64,000 nucleotides of DNA from Felis catus (lineage: Eukaryota): positions 31,682,001-31,746,000 of the forward strand of contig NC_058384.1 of NCBI RefSeq assembly GCF_018350175.1. Direction: 5' to 3'. Within the stretch, counting starts at the first letter, position 1. Every line of letters begins with the position of its first letter. Shown in pieces: positions 47,400-62,043 of this stretch. A model generated the notes under the pieces. It saw only the letters and a program-made list of their open reading frames with translations, was not told where the DNA came from and ran no database searches. A program made the translations under genes and the position numbers.

Positions 47400-48130
47400 G
47401 TGGGGCATGGTATCAGGCTCTGGGGGCTGGGGAGGAACAAGACAGAAAGTGTTCAAGCCTGCTCCTGTGGGGCTTACAACCTAATGGAGGAGACAAGGGA
47501 GTAACAAACTACGGTGAGTCCTTTGAAGAAAATAAACAGGATGTTGAGATAGAGAAACAGGAGCAGCCACTTGGACAGGAAGGGCTCACGGAGGAGGGGA
47601 TACCTGACCAGCGAGGGGAGGAAGGGGAGGAGCAAATGTGAGGAGTAGCAGGAAGGACTCTGCAGGCAGCCGGGACAGCAAGGGTAACGATCGGTTCTGG
47701 GAAAGGCCTTGCCATGTTCAAGAAACAGAGAGGCCAGTGTTGCCTAATGTCAGGGACAAGAGGAAGAGCAGCAGGAGATAGGGCCGGAGCCAGATCACAT
47801 GGGCCTGGTCGCCCACGGGAAGGAGTCGGGTATGTTCTAAGAACACAGCAATGGGAAGCAGCATGAGTACTTCAAGGAGCCAATGGCAGTGTCTGCTTTG
47901 GAGCCTAAAAAGACCATTCCAGATGCTGCACGGACAATAGACTTTGAGGCTGGGGACAGGGGTAAAGCAGTCAGGAGGCTGATCTCTATGTGGGGACACT
48001 GTAGCCATCAGGGAGAGATGACACAGAACTGAACTATGGTGGTGGCAGGGAAATGGAGCAAATAAATGACTGCATATGAAGCTTGGAGGCAGGGAGGACT
48101 GGAGGCTGATGCCAGGATTTGGACCTCAAT
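47400..48130 (-). mobile_element. L2 fragment
   Basis: gccatgttcaagaaacagagaggccagtgt, cagatcacatgggcctgg antisense L2 motifs. Confidence 0.75.
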
Positions 48131-50451
48131 ACCTGGGGGGAGGTGGTTCTGTTCAAGGAGATGGGGAAGAATGAGGGCAAAAGGAGGGACATGAGGAGTT
48201 GTTTGGGACCAGAGGGAAAGAACCTCATCCCTTTCCTGAAGACAACCCTGCAGGTGGGAGACAATGACCTCAACCACTCCCCAACATCTCTTCCCCTCCC
48301 CCATGCAACCTGCCTAAATATTCCCATTTCCTTCCCACGTTTTTTCATGCTTGTGTGTGTTCCCTCACTCACTGCTTTTCTGTGAATGCACTTTGCTTTT
48401 GCTGTATCCCTATATTCCTACCCCGCTCCGGTCCCCTTGTCTAGGCACAGAAGTGATGGTGATAAATGACAGTTCTGATCACAGAGTTGAGTCTGGAGAG
48501 CCCATCCCCCCCACACACCCCACTGTCCCCTCACCTACAGTCAGCACTCCCATTAAGGCTTGAATCACAACTACTCCCTTGCAGGTGGGCACAGCACCTT
48601 GCTGATTCATCTTCACTTACATGCATAAGTTGAACCCATTTCCATGATTTCTTCAGATACCACGCCCTCCCCCAAACAGGGTGCTACTCCCCCTCATCGA
48701 GGACCCTTCACTAAGCTAACTGCTCTCTCTCCACCCAGAGCTGCCTTTCTGTTGTCATTTTTCTCACTTCTCTATTTCCTCCTCCAAACACATTTTCCTC
48801 CTCACTTCACCCAGTGCGTTATTCTGAACTCATGCTTACACTGGACTATCTCCCACTAAATGTTCATTCATTCAATCACTTTGTGTAAATCTTTCCCTCG
48901 CTGAGGACCTACTGCATGCAGACACTGATGGGGAAGCAGAAATGCAGCACGGTGGGCCTGGATTCCCTCCACCCCCACTCCCACCAAGCAGCACCTGCAT
49001 GGGCCACTTAGCCCCCTCCCCTCCCTTCCATTCCTGGCTGCAGCAGTGCCTGCAGACCTGTGTCCCTCCTAGGGTCCCATGGGCACATCCCTGAAGCCTT
49101 GCCTGCTCTCCCAGTTCATCTGTACCCTGCCCTTGAACAACCTGGGGTCCCCGAATCATCTGAGTGTTGGGCGGGGACTGGGGGAGTGGGTAGGTAGTTT
49201 GGAAAAGCATATTATGTTCGTTCCATGACCTCAACTGTAATCACACAATCAGAGCTGCTGATTAGTCTGTCCTAAATCATGGCCGTCCTGCCCTTTATGT
49301 GGCATTTGGTACTTCCTCCTTGAAACCCCCGATCCCTTGGCCCTGACCCCCCCACCGACCACACTTCTGCAGGGCTCCACATGGGAGTCCCCTGAGACTG
49401 GATCAGCCTCTGTCCCTCATTCTTGCCAAACTCCCACCTCTCCTCATGGGAAAGGCCTCCTCATCCCAACCGGACTTACTTCCACATGTGGGTGGGGATC
49501 CCCACTTCATCACATGCTGGGGTGTCAGCTCAGCCTCACAGCTCTCTCGCCCTCTCCCTTCCCAACCATCCTATTTTCTCATAGACAGGGAGACCGCGAT
49601 TCCAGGGGCTGGACAAGCAGAGCCGCATGGCAGTCTGGATACATGGCCAACAGACAATAGTTTAGATCAGGCTGGGAATTTAGAAACCTTCACCTGGCCT
49701 CACCCTTCTTAGCCCAAGGGTGCTCAGAGGAAAAGGGAGGGACCTGAGACCATCCTAGACAGGCTACAGAACAGACGTGCCAAGCCACCTTGGCTTGACC
49801 TTTTAGTGATTTTTAGCTACCAAAGGCCAACATCATTCTAGCCATGCCTCATCCCCCACACATGCTTGCGCACAACTGCCTCTGTGCTAGGTTCACATCT
49901 CCAAAGCTGACCACAGATGTGTGATGCACTGCCCACTGTCTGAGAGTTGGGTGAGGCTGTGGCCGGGACATGAGCTGATGTTCTGTGAGAGGCAGACAGA
50001 ATAATCTCTCCTGATCAGCAGTGAGGCCAGCTCTGGCCCAGGCCCAGGGAGGAAGCAGATGGGACCAGAGATGGCCCTCTCGCCCAAGCTTGAGGGGAAA
50101 AGCTTCCTGAGGTCTGCTACCCCAGGTATACCCCAGTTGCCCCACCCACACATGGGTGGGCACCCTAGAGTCTTGGTCACAGAACGCTGTAGTCCCTAGT
50201 ATAACACTGGATGGACATCAGGTTCTTGAGATCAGGACCACAGAAGAGGGAGAGAAGGAAAGGAGCCCAGGGAGGAGACCCAAGAGAAAGAGAAAGAATT
50301 TGAAAGAATGGCTTTCCCCCACAAAACCAGCCAGTCAACTGTGACAGGGTTTAAGAGATGAGTTAGACAAGAGTGTCACAACCTTTTAAAAACAGTGAAA
50401 CTCATCAAACCAAATCTTATGCAGAAATATCAGTAAATAAAAAAGTATACA

Positions 50452-50632
50452 GGGGCACCTAGGTGGCTAGTTGGTTAAGCGTTAAACTCTCAATTTCAGC
50501 TCAGGTCGTGATATCCCAGAGTCGAAGACAACCCCATGATGGGCTCTGCTTAAGATTCTCTCCCTCTCTCCCTCTGCCCCACTCCCCCACTTGCACTCTC
50601 GCTCTCTAAAATAAAAAATAAATAAATAAAAA
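50452..50632 (+). mobile_element. Can-SINE inside a hAT-like fossil (50370-50745)
   Basis: TSD-like aaaaa(g/t)t(a/g)tacag. Confidence 0.88.
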
Positions 50633-50798
50633 TTGTACAGAGGAACTATTTTGGTTGAAGCAAGGCCTGTGGGGTTTCCTGTGGTCTATACCCCTCTGGC
50701 AACTTTTTTTGGGCAATCTTAGGAGTTCCACAGTTTGATTTTTCAAGATGATAAAAATAACACCAGTTACACACACTCTGGTACTTAGCAGTTTCTAC

Positions 50799-51008
50799 TT
50801 TTTTTTTAATTTTTTATTTTTTTAATGTTAATTTTTGAGAGAAAGTGGCAGGAAGGGGCAGAGAGAGAGGGAGACACAGAAGCCGAAGCAGGCTCCAGGC
50901 TCCAAGCTGTCAGCACGGAGCCCGACGCAGGGCTTGAACTCACGGACTGCAAGATCGTGACCTGAGCCGAAGTCGGAAGCTCAACCAACTGAGCCACCCA
51001 GGCGCCCC
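50799..51008 (-). mobile_element. Can-SINE (SINEC_Fc type)
   Basis: TSD agcagtttcta. Confidence 0.96.
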
Positions 51009-51009
51009 A

Positions 51010-51460
51010 GCAGTTTCTATTTTTACATACCACATCATACCCGGTCCTCACACTAACCCTGTGGCAATATCATCACATTTCTGATGAAGTTCCTGAGGCC
51101 CCAAGCTGTCAATCGAATTGCCCCAAATCACACGGCAGGCACATAGTGGTGCAGGAATGTGAACCTAGGCTTCCTGACACCAAGTGCAGTGCTCTTTGCT
51201 CTGTGTCATAGCTAGAGGGAAATGGACCACATCCCAACCAACACCAAGATGGAGCTCTCGAGGAGAGGCAGGACAGCCTAGAGACCAGCTCTGGACCCAG
51301 ACCGCTGGGTTCAATTCCTTCTGCCATTCACTTACCTGTGTCCTCTTTTCCTCATCTAGAAAGTGGGAGAATAGTAGCTGCCTCTATGGCTTGGAGTTAA
51401 GATTGAAGGTGTTGATCCACGTAAATTACTAGCACACAGTGCCTGCCACGTAAATAAGCA
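51010..51460. mobile_element. Two MIR fragments in opposite orientation (51010-51190 minus, 51260-51460 plus)
   Basis: MIR core motifs on each strand. Confidence 0.7.
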
Positions 51461-51869
51461 CTAAATATCCATGCATGTCCATCCTTCACTCCTAGTCAGC
51501 ACTTATTCAGTGCCTGCTGTGGGCATAGGCCTGTGCCTCATTCTACTGCGGGAGAGGGTGGAGTGGGGGTCGACCCCCAGTTACCAGACAGTTCCTGTCC
51601 CCAAGAGGTTTTCAGTCTAGGTGGGGGCCATGCCTGTATACAAAGTACGCCAACAATGTGCTCTAAGAGTGTGCCCGGGAGCATGACAAAGATGCTGACT
51701 TGGATACTTTACCCCAGAGAAACAGACCTCTGTTTCAGAAGCCTATTTGTTACAATCTTTTAGCCTACCCTAGTTAACATATTTCAGAATCAGGATCTCT
51801 CAGTAGTAGCCAGATTCTACAGCCAGTACCGTGTGAGATGCACAGAACTAGACCATTGGGCCAGCTTCT

Positions 51870-52870
51870 AGACTCCTCCTCCTCCTCTGCACTGGCTACT
51901 CCTCATGTCCCCATCTCTCAGAGGGCCCAGGCTGGTGCTGGACCTCTTCTCTCTGGTGAGCTCATCTTGGCTCCTCCCTTAGATGCCATCCCTAACAGTG
52001 CCCCGATGTCTACCTGCAATCTGGACCTCTCCTCATTCCAAGTGCCTAGTCCATACCTCTGTGTTTGTTTACCTGGCGCCCCACCCAACCTGCTCCTCCC
52101 ATGGCCTTCCTCCACCTCAGTAAGATGCTGTCACAATCACCCTATTGCTTGGACCAAAACTCGGGAGCCACTCACCCTTGACTCTTCTTACTCTGCACCC
52201 CACAACACAAATCCTCTCGGCTCTTCTTCCAAACATATCAAACCCTGTTCCCTACTTTCAGCACAACCGCCCTGGTCTAAGCCAGTGTCATCTCCCTATG
52301 GGGAACAGCATTAATCTCTTAGCTGGCCTCCTGCCCCTGTCCTTCCCTGTACAGCCCAGTCGTACCCCAGCAGCCAGAGCTATCCTTTTAAAAACAGAAG
52401 TTAGACATGCCACTCCTCTGGGCTCCAATGGCCCCCATGTCACTCAGGGTTAAAGCCAGTGTCCGTTGAGTCCAATGCAATCTGGCCTGTCCTTATTTTC
52501 TAGCACTCTCCACCTGTTCACACACTCTAGTCCCATGGCCTCACTTTTTCTTGACTAGTGCAAGCGCCTTAACTTGCTGTCTGTCCCCCTGACACCTGAA
52601 TGGCTTGTTCCTGCACTTCAGGTATCTGCGCCAACGCTCACTCTCAAGTGAGGTCTCCACTGATCTCCCCAACTGCAAACACAACCATCCCTGACCACAC
52701 GCCCCATCACCTGATGCATTCTTTTCCAGAGCACTCCCCACCATCAGGCATGTTGAGGTTTACTTCCTTACTGCCCGGCTTCCCCAGGCAGAGCGCAAGC
52801 TCTCCAGGAGGCAGAGGTGTCTCCTTTGCTTACTGAGGTGCTAATACTTAGAAGGGTGCCCATGACAGGC
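51870..52870 (+). mobile_element. L2 3' ~1 kb
   Basis: ccagcagccagagctatccttttaaaaacagaagttagacatgccactcctctg and related motifs. Confidence 0.8.
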
Positions 52871-53038
52871 ATACCATAAACACTCACAGAAAGACTGAAT
52901 GCCTGCCTTACCGTATTCTGCAAAAAGCAGGAAAGCTTCCCTCCTACCTATGCTGCTTCCCGGTACCTAAAACTTCCTATCTTAACGGTTTATTAGTCCT
53001 ACAATCCCACCAGTTCCAGCTAGACAGAGGAAACTTGA

Positions 53039-53251
53039 GGGGAGCCTGGGTGGCTTAGTCAGTTAAGCATCTGACTCTCGGTTTCGGCTCAGGTCATGAT
53101 CTCGCAGTTCGTGGGTTCGAGCCCCACATCGGGCTCTTTACTGGCAGTGTGGAGCTTGCTTAGGATTCTCTCTCTCCCCCTCTCCTACTCACGCTGCCTG
53201 TCTCTCTCAAAACAAATACATAAACTTTTAAAAGATTAAAAAAAAAAAAAG
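53039..53251 (+). mobile_element. Can-SINE
   Basis: Head, CT tract, A tail. Confidence 0.94.
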
Positions 53252-53599
53252 GATGGCTGACTTGGGGAGAGGTAGTCAGTGTCAGGAGGGGAGGGTCTAG
53301 CCATACAGGGCTGGAAGAGCCAAGTCTGAGCCATGGTCCTTAGTCCTACTAACATGAACCAGTCCCTGGTGAGATGTCATGGGGGAAGCCAGGTACCTGG
53401 GAAGGAGGGGAAAATGTTGAGGAGGATTTTTAAAGGTAGACAAGGCCAACAATTCAACTCAAGAAATATGTATAGGGCCCTCACCCAGGTGCCTCACAAG
53501 GTGCTAGACAGGTGAAATCACATTTGCCAGGGTCCTTTTCTGGAGGCTTCACCATGTGAACAGGTAACAGAGATGGAGGCCAGGTTTTCCTTTTCAGCT

Positions 53600-54985
53600 C
53601 ACTCTCTTGTTTTCACTATCTATTTCAAACCTTTCTCTTCTCTGCAAACCGTGACCACGCCCCCCCCCCAGGCCTCACCCAGAAACTTCACTTCCTATTG
53701 CACACAGAAAATAGAAGTCTTCAGACCAGAAAGACCTCCGCTTCCTGCCACCAGACCTATGTGTCTCCCTGCACGGGGGCCCCTGCTCTGCCCTCTCCCT
53801 CTCAGAGCGTGTTACAGGTGACCTCTGAATGAAGCCAACTTCTCCACCTGTCCTGGACCCCTGCCTCCTCAGGGAGCTTCACATCCACTGTCACCCACCC
53901 CCCTTCCTCATCGCCAACCTCTCTCTTTCAGCTGGCTCCTTCCATCACTCTCACACAACCACGATCTCTCTAGAGATCAAGCAACACGAAAAATCCTCAC
54001 TCTCACATTTCTCGAAAGTTCGAGCTCTCCTTCCTCTCACAGCCAAACTTCTTCACTCACTCTCACCCTCAACACAGCGGAGGGACTGTCTCCACTGGCC
54101 TCTCTTCAGTCCAGTCCTCAGCCGGCTCGGGCCTGGCTCACACCCTCACCAAGCCACCCAAATCGGTGACTGCTGGCTCACTAACGCCAATGGTCCGTTT
54201 TCAGACTTCATCTTACCTGGCTTCTAAGCAACATCAGACATTGTTGCCCCCTCCATGCCCTTCCCCAAATACACACACTCTCCCTTTAGCTTCCCTGAAA
54301 CCACACTGTCCAAGAACAGAGACAATGTATGAACTAACAACTCCCAACTCTCTCTCTCTCTCCAGCCCAGACCTCCTCTGCATCTAGACCCACATGAAGG
54401 CTGCATGCTGAGTGCCTTCTTCCGATGCTTCCGAAAGCCAAAGCATCTCAAACTGAACCGATTTCCCCTCTCCTAAGTTGCTCTCCCCAGAGCTACCTCT
54501 TGGTAAATACCCAACTCTTTTATCTTCCTGCTGTTGCCAGATAACTGGCATCATCCGGGCGATGCCTTCTCTCTCCTCCCCCACATCCCATCAGTCACAG
54601 AGGCCCCCTGAGTGTACCTGACAGGTACACTCCGCCTCCTTCTCTCCACCCCCGCGACCAACACCTTGATTCAAGCCACCATCCCTCTCACTTGGGCCAC
54701 AGCACAGCCTCCTACAACTGGTCTCCCTCACCCACTCACTCCTCCAGAGCATTTTCCACACACCGCCTGACTGAGCTTCTGAAAACACCAAGCTGTGTCA
54801 CTCACACGATCTTTTCACAGCCTCCCATTCCTCTTAACGTTCCAAAGCCCTAATGCATGCTGCAATGGTCCTGTCCAATCTCTAGGGTCATCTGGAAGCC
54901 CCCCTCCTCCCCTACCTTTTATTCTCCATTCTCCCTGGTCTTTTTGCCATTCTTTTTTTTTTTTAAGTTTTTATTTATTTATTTT

Positions 54986-55017
<32 letters not shown>

Positions 55018-55570
55018 AGGGAAGGGGCAGAGAGAGAGGGAGACAGCAAATCCCCAGCAGGCTCCTAACAGTCAGCACAGAGCCCAACCCGGGGCTTGAA
55101 GTCACAAAATATGAACTCATAACCTGAGCTGAAATCAAGAGTCAGATGCTTAACCAACTGAGCCACCCAGGTGCCCCTGTTTGCCATTCTTCATACAAGT
55201 GGCAAAACTGCCCTCTTTACAGCGTTCACCCCTAAGGCCGGTCTCCCTTTGCTCAAGCTGCTGTCTCCACTGGAAACATCCTGTCCTCCCCTTCCCCTAA
55301 CCTCTTTCTGAGCGAAACTCACTGAGGCCCAGCTTAAGCATCACATATTCAGCCAGGCCTTCACATGCCTCCTCAGCCACGCTAGGTCCCCTCTTCCAAA
55401 TTGCATGCTATTTACCATGCTGTACTTCTCCTTCATAGCATTTACTATGACTGCAATTCATTTTTGTATGTCATTATCTGTTCACTATTAACCTGAACCA
55501 GCAAACAGAAAGCAGGCCTGGGGCTACATATTTTTCAAGTTGCTGGCACACAGCAAGCGCTCAACTACCT
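53600..55570 (+). mobile_element. L2 (~2 kb, split by a SINE)
   Basis: Pyrimidine-rich L2 ORF remnants (caagcatctcaaactgaac, ttgattcaagccaccatc). Confidence 0.75.
54953..55177 (-). mobile_element. Can-SINE
   Basis: TSD tttgccattctt. Confidence 0.95.
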
Positions 55571-56224
55571 GAGTGAATTAATAGCTGCCATTTTGGGGGC
55601 CTACAACGTGACAGATACTGTGGCTAGAAGCTTTACATGGGTTGTTCCACTGTGCACAGCAACCCATTGAGGTGTGGGCACCAGTTTTATTTTCCTATTC
55701 ACATTCTACCGATCAGGATTATATAACGTGTTCAAGGTAACACAGCTGGTAAGTGCTGGGTTTAATATCAGACTGGTCTCCTCTCGAAGCCACTACACCA
55801 CACTTCCCTCTGTACTCCCACAGTGCTCACTCAGTGCCTGACACACAGTAGGTGCTCAACCAAGAGGGATAGATAGAATAACCCACTATCAAGGGTGTAG
55901 GCCTCACCCTTGAGGTCTACAAAGAAGAATTACAATTCCCCTCTTCCACAGGAAAGAAGAAAATGGAGTGAGAGCTTCAAAGGGTCACCCAGCAGTAGGT
56001 GGCCATGCTGGGCTGGATCCTAGGTCTCCTGGCTCCTATCTAGAGTGATTTTCTCTACAGCATAAGCATAGCTAGGCACTATCGGGTGGAATTATGCAGG
56101 CAAGCTGTGCAGAAAAGAGGTAACATAGCAGGCCTGAGACTGCCATCCTTGGGAAGTTCTGTTTCCAAGGATGGCCCTTGGTTAACATCTTAGAAGGTGG
56201 ATTTGGGGCCAATTCTCCTAACTA

Positions 56225-56652
56225 ATTAGGGTGGCTCACTGTCCCCAAACTGTTTTGCAAACAATGTGGTTATTCCTAAGCACCTGTTTTTCTTCTGGAA
56301 GTCTGGAATGTTGGTATACGTTAGGCAGAGGGTGCCTACATGACCAGTCCTCAATAGAAACCCTGGGCACCAAGTCTCTAATGAGCTTCTCTGGTAGCAA
56401 CATTTCACATGTTGTCACTATTCAATGCTGGAGGAATAACATGACCCTATGTGACGTCAGTGGTGGAGAGGACTCTTGCAGCTTGTGCCTGGCTTCTTCT
56501 GGACTTTGCCCCATGTGCCTTTTCCCTTTGCCAATTTTGCTTTGGATCCTTTCATTGTAATGAATCATATCTGTATAAGTATACGCTGAATCCTGTGAGC
56601 TCTCAGAGAAAATCATTGAAGCTGGGCATGGTCTTGGGGAAGCCTTCTTAAC
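56225..56652 (+). mobile_element. MER21-like LTR fragment
   Basis: ggcagagggtgcctacatgaccag...aaaccctgggcacc...atgctgaatcctgtgag-like...ggtcttgggga. Confidence 0.85.
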
Positions 56653-58099
56653 AAGAGATGAATTTGGGTTTTCCTTCAAAGGCAGGGGGCATGAATTAGT
56701 AGATTAATACAGGAGGCACTCTAGGCAGAAGAAATGATGTGAAGAAAGTTAGGAACAGGGAAGTCAGGTGTAAAAGGCCTTACAGCTGTTTAACACACCC
56801 TAAGCAGAGCTGACATTGAGAGAATCAAGCACTATGATTGTAAGGTGGAAGAAATGGATGCTAGAGAAGTCACATTTGCTCCAATGATCCAGCATCAATG
56901 AAGTGAATCAAGTGAAGTCACACATATGGAATTAATACCAAGAAAAGAATGAAAGAAGGTAGTGTCTGTCTGTCCACGGCTAATATCTATGGCATTGGAC
57001 ATTTCTCAGAAAGGTCTGCCAGAAGTGTCACTGAGCAGTTGAAGTAACAATCCAAATTATTGGCTTTTCAAATAAACCACTTCAATATGGGGGCTCCAGA
57101 ATAATCTACTTCCCATCCATTAAAGGCAACTATTCACTCCTTCCTTTATCCCTTTCAAATGCCTTTGCCCAGGGTCCAATATCCCCTCCCATCTCTCTGG
57201 CCCACTTCTCCTCACTCCTCAGGAGGGCTTCCTGGAATAACCCCACCCAACTGGTGAATCACTTCTTTTATTCTGCAACTACTGAGCACTTAGGCCTTCA
57301 CTTTATGTTAAATTATTTGTCTTTAACCCAGGGAAGCAGGGTAAATTTGCTAGGTTGTAGCGTAGGTATCTGCCCAGCCTCTTCCTCAGAATCTTAATGT
57401 CATGAAGGCAGAAGAGGGACTTTCATGACTGTTTAGCTTCACTCCACCCACTTGCCTCCATCCTCTGGCCTCAAGGGCCCTCTACAAATGCAAATGGAAG
57501 GCTCAGAACACAGCCTGGCTGTTCCCAGCCACCCGCCTTAGTAAGGGAGTGTGGAAAAGGCTCTGGCTGGCAGTTCTGTACCCAGTCAACCTCACTCCAC
57601 ATTTTGCTCTGCTTGCATAGTTGGATCCCATTAAAGGACTTCTCTGCTCCTGGTGATCAAGCCAGTGCCTGTATTTTGCTTCCCAAATCCATTGTATTTC
57701 TTCTGCCGGGTCCCTGTGTCACCTTATTACCAGCACAACTATCCCTCCAAGATGGTGGCTGCTGTGCCCACACATTATTCTAAAGGCTGGAATCCTGCCC
57801 CTGAAACGCTCTCCCTGGGCCTGGGCCTCCATTATCTTATGCCTCCTGCTCTCCTCTCTGCCTTCTGCCTGCCAAGGGCTTGTCCCAGCTTATCCCCACC
57901 ATGTCCAGTCCCATCCCAGCCCACCTACCTGGCTGCTGAGCTCTGCTCGGTCTAGATTGCCAAGTGTCAGCAACAGGCTAGTTTAAATGATGGGCTCCCT
58001 CGGAACTTGGCAGTTCTTTTGTTTGTCTGTTTTTAATTTAATGTGAATGCCTTTAGGCTCCACACACATTTTCCACCTCCCCAGAGACCCCACAACTCC

Positions 58100-58345
58100 C
58101 TATTGCTATCAAACACATAGAAGAAAAACAGCTTTACTGAGTACCCGCCAGACACTAGGCTCTGTGTATATATTGGCTCATTTAATCCTTCCAGCAACCC
58201 CAAGTGGGTGACATTACTATCTCTATTTACCATTGGAAACAGAGCCTCATGGAAGTTGGGCAACTTGCCCAGATCATGCAACTACAACCAGCAAGTCATA
58301 AATTCAGATTTGAACGCAGCTTCTGAAGTCCACACTATTTCCACT
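58100..58345 (-). mobile_element. MIR
   Basis: catttaatccttccagcaaccc...ggaaacagagcc...aacttgcccagatcatgc. Confidence 0.85.
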
Positions 58346-58399
58346 ACGCATTTAGGCGGCCCCTCTGCAGCAGTGCAGGAGAGGAAACGGAAAGGCAGG

Positions 58400-59150
58400 A
58401 AAGTGAGTGAATGCACAATCAAGGTAATACAGGAAAGAGGTCGAATGGATGTGTCGAATGGACGTGAACTCAGGGTGCCGCCCTTCGGACCAGAACCGGC
58501 CAGGGGAGACAGGCCAGAGGTGACTGTGGGAGAACAGTGATGTCTGCACAGGTGAGGGAGAACTCAGAGGAAGGCACGGCTTGGGATGCATGTCTGAGGG
58601 GCTCCAGAAACATCACGGCGAAGATTCTGTGTGTCACAAATCAAACTGGCCAGGAACAGAGCTGGGTGAGAGACAGAGCCTTTCCTGAAGAGTGTTGGTT
58701 TGAGCCATGGGAGGACAGGGGGGCTCTAGGGAGAGGAGCATGGGGGTTAGAGGCCCAGCCTGAGGACACAGCCTGGTCCTCATATGGGCACTTGCAGGGA
58801 GGGAGGAGGATGAGAAGCTCAAGGTCAATGAAGGGAACGTCGGTGGGGACAATGGGGCACCCTCCAAGGAGATGGGCAACAGCTGCAGAGCAGGCTGGCG
58901 ACTGAGGATTACCAGGCCCCAGAAACCTTCGGGCAATCTGAGCGGCAGGGCAGGTGCACAGCGTGGAGTGAGGAATACATAAGTGCAAGTGCTGGCTGCT
59001 CTTTCCAGAAGCTTTTCAGTGAAAGGGAGAGAAGAGGGGTTGCAGAAACATGGGCTGTTCCTGTTTAACAGAGGCTGAGCTAGTGGGGCAGAGGATGAGG
59101 TCAGTGGTAAGGGAATGATGGATGGAGCCTGTCAGAGGGAGAAGAGGGCT
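58400..59150 (-). mobile_element. L2 fragment
   Basis: Purine-rich antisense L2 remnants. Confidence 0.55.
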
Positions 59151-62041
59151 GCATCAGGGGCATAGGTGGAGAAGGTGCTCTCCCTCCCATGGGTCAGGAG
59201 AGTACCTCTTCCCTGAGAGGAAACAGACCATGGGGGAAATCCCAGGGATGTTCTGGACTGGAGAGGAGAGAAGCTGGTGGAGCGCATGTCCAGCAATGAG
59301 GCATGGGCAGCTGCTGAAAGTGAATGGGTCCCCCTTCCCTGTTCACACACTCCGGAAGGGGCGCTCCCTGGGCTCTGTCATTCAACACGGGGACCACAGA
59401 CCCTGCAGGTACCTGCAGAGGTACCCAGTTCTGGCCACGGCACCATCTAATCATGTGTCACCACCTGCCTCCAGATAACATGACGCAGAATATACTCCCC
59501 ACTGCCGCTTCAAGCTGACTTTGAATTTTTCTGTCAGGACTGGTGAGTATTTTCACTTTTATTTCCTCTCTGGTCCTCCAGTCCACTTCCCCACAAGACA
59601 GGGCCTGCCAGGGGCCATGTGGGTCAACTACTGTCTGACCCTCCAAATAAAGCTTTCCTCTGGGCAAAGCAACAAGCTCAGTGGGGCCCAACCCTGGCCT
59701 CAGCAGAGGGCCCTGGTGCCCTCTACCCTCAGCACACACACAGATGCCCACCTCGCTCTGCTGGGGTGATGACTCCTGCCCCAGAGTAGTCCCAGTAAAA
59801 TCCACCATCTGCACAGAAAAAGCTCTTCAGAGACTGGGTCTGCCACAGCTCCCCCCTTCCCTTGGTCTATTAGCCCTTAAAGACCCCCAATCAGTGACAA
59901 AGGTGTCAGGTGGATTTTGATGAATGCCTTTCTGGTTCCCTCACGCTCCTCCTGCCCAGAATTCTGGCTTCCTCTAGCCAAAATACCAGGAGAAGAGCAC
60001 AGGAATTAGAGTCAGAAGACTTGGGCTGGGGTCCTGGCTGGTCCCTACATTCTGTGAGATCTTTCCGGTCACTTCTGTGCCCTAGCTTGCAACCAGGGAA
60101 GTGGAAGGAACAGCAACCTCCCTTTCCCTTCTCTCAGGGAGGCCATAAGAAGTTAATCAGGTCAGAAAGGCTATTTTCAAACTGCACAGGGCTGTTCTGA
60201 TTCCTGGGGTCTAAGCAAGCCCTGCTGACAGCTCAGCCTCTCTGTCCAGAGCCCCACCAAGCACATGTTCCCCAGCCATCAGTCCCAAGGGAGACACATC
60301 TCAAATGAATTCGACACAGACATTTGTTTAGGCCTACTCTGTCAGATTCCAGGACCCAAACCAGAATAGACACAGGTCTTGCCCCGAGTTCACTGAGTTG
60401 GGGTAGAGCTAACAGAGCAGATGTCTGTCCATGTGGCGCCCCAGGCAGAGCCTCCAGGGGACTCTGCTCTGTGTGGTTGGGAGCACACCAGACATGTGTT
60501 ACCAGAGTCCAGACTGAGGAGGAGGTGGGTAGATTTAGTTGTCTGAGAAACCAGGGTGGGGGCCTGGAGCAGAGGAACCAGGCACCTTAGGGACCCAGGC
60601 CCGGCCCAGCAGTGGAACCTAAAGGGTTATTACACTCAGGACTTCACCCTCACCATCCGGGAGACGAGGAGAATAATCCTGCATTGGCCTGACTCACTAG
60701 AATATCAGGGAGAACAAAATGAGAACAGTAAAGAGAAGACGCTTTGAAAAGGAAAGAGCTTTACAAACATGGAATTATTTTTTCTTCAGGGTCCTCTGCT
60801 GAGAAGCTGAGATAATCACAGAAGGTCTGATTGTCTAAAGGCTGACGAGCCTAGCGGGGCTGACTCAGAGGCATCCAGCTCCCTCGCTCTGCAGATCGCC
60901 CCCAATGAAATATCCCAGTTACAGACTTAGTACTTCCAGTGGACGGGGCCTCCCTCTCCTTTCCGTACTCTTTCCACTGCCCTGCCACCCATAGCCAATG
61001 GGTGCTCAGGTGATGCTTGCTGACAGATGGAAACGCTGCCCATCCTACCCTCATGGCCACGGACCTCAGCTCAGAGGACCTGAGAAAGTCACCTCCTCCA
61101 TCATTGCCCCTCCCGCAGGTCATCCAGAGCTGGGCTCACACAGGTGACTTTCTCCTGCCTGTGTCCAGGATCTGAGGGCCTACCCATCCCACACAGTTCA
61201 AAACAGAATGGTAACGAAAACAAGAAAGCCTCGACAGGGGCTAGATATTTTCTGCTTCCATCTCACAACCAGCTTTCCTGCAGCAGTGACCTTACTATGC
61301 AAATCAGAGTAGACCACAGGGAGGAGTGGTCAAATAGTTTTCACCCGACCATCAACTGCACTAACTCCCTTTCACCGGCCATGTGACAAGGGCAGACAGC
61401 CAGCAGCAGCACCCTGGGTTTGAGAGGCCCTACCCAGCCTTTCCCGGCCTAAAATTCTCTCTCACACACGTAACTGTTCTATTCCCAGAAGCACCTCCAT
61501 TTCTTTGCATTTTGTCTTCCAGAGCCCTTTTAAACCGTGAACGTCTCTAGAGGAAGAAACCATATTCCACTGGCCTTAGTCACACAGCACCTGTGCCCAA
61601 TAAATATTTACTGAATTAAATTGGTTACTAGATGCCTGTCCTCAGGGACACGGGTCACGGCCCAGGGCTGTGGAGGGTGGGGCTGCAGGGGCAGCCTTTT
61701 CCCAACCTCACCGCTGGCCTAGAGCGGCCCTGCCAGCCACGGGGCGATAACTGAGTTCGAGAAAGTAAATCTGAAATAGCCAAATATGGAAACTCTGCAG
61801 GAGGGGGCAGAACCAGCCGAGAAAGTCGGCAGCGGGCAGAGCAGCCCAGTGGAGTCAGCGACAAGAGTGAGGCCCCGGTATTCACAGAAAATCTTCAGAA
61901 CTGCCAAAACCCTGCAGAGCAGCGGCAAGGGGGAAGCGATCTGTTCCGGGAAACCCAGATTCCACCAATCCTCTGGGTGTCCCAGGGCAACTCACCTCCC
62001 TGAACCTTGGTATCTTCCAAGACCCCTCCGAGCTCAGCTTT

Positions 62042-62043
<2 letters not shown>

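Noticed and set aside
4842-55127. Many ~60-100 aa ORFs resembling MAQSVKRPTSAQVMIS...
   Set aside because: All are translations of Can-SINE copies, not a gene family.
61948-61957. NF-kB-like GGGAAACCCA near the TRAF5 promoter
   Set aside because: 9/10 match to a degenerate motif; a single instance is not distinguishable from chance.
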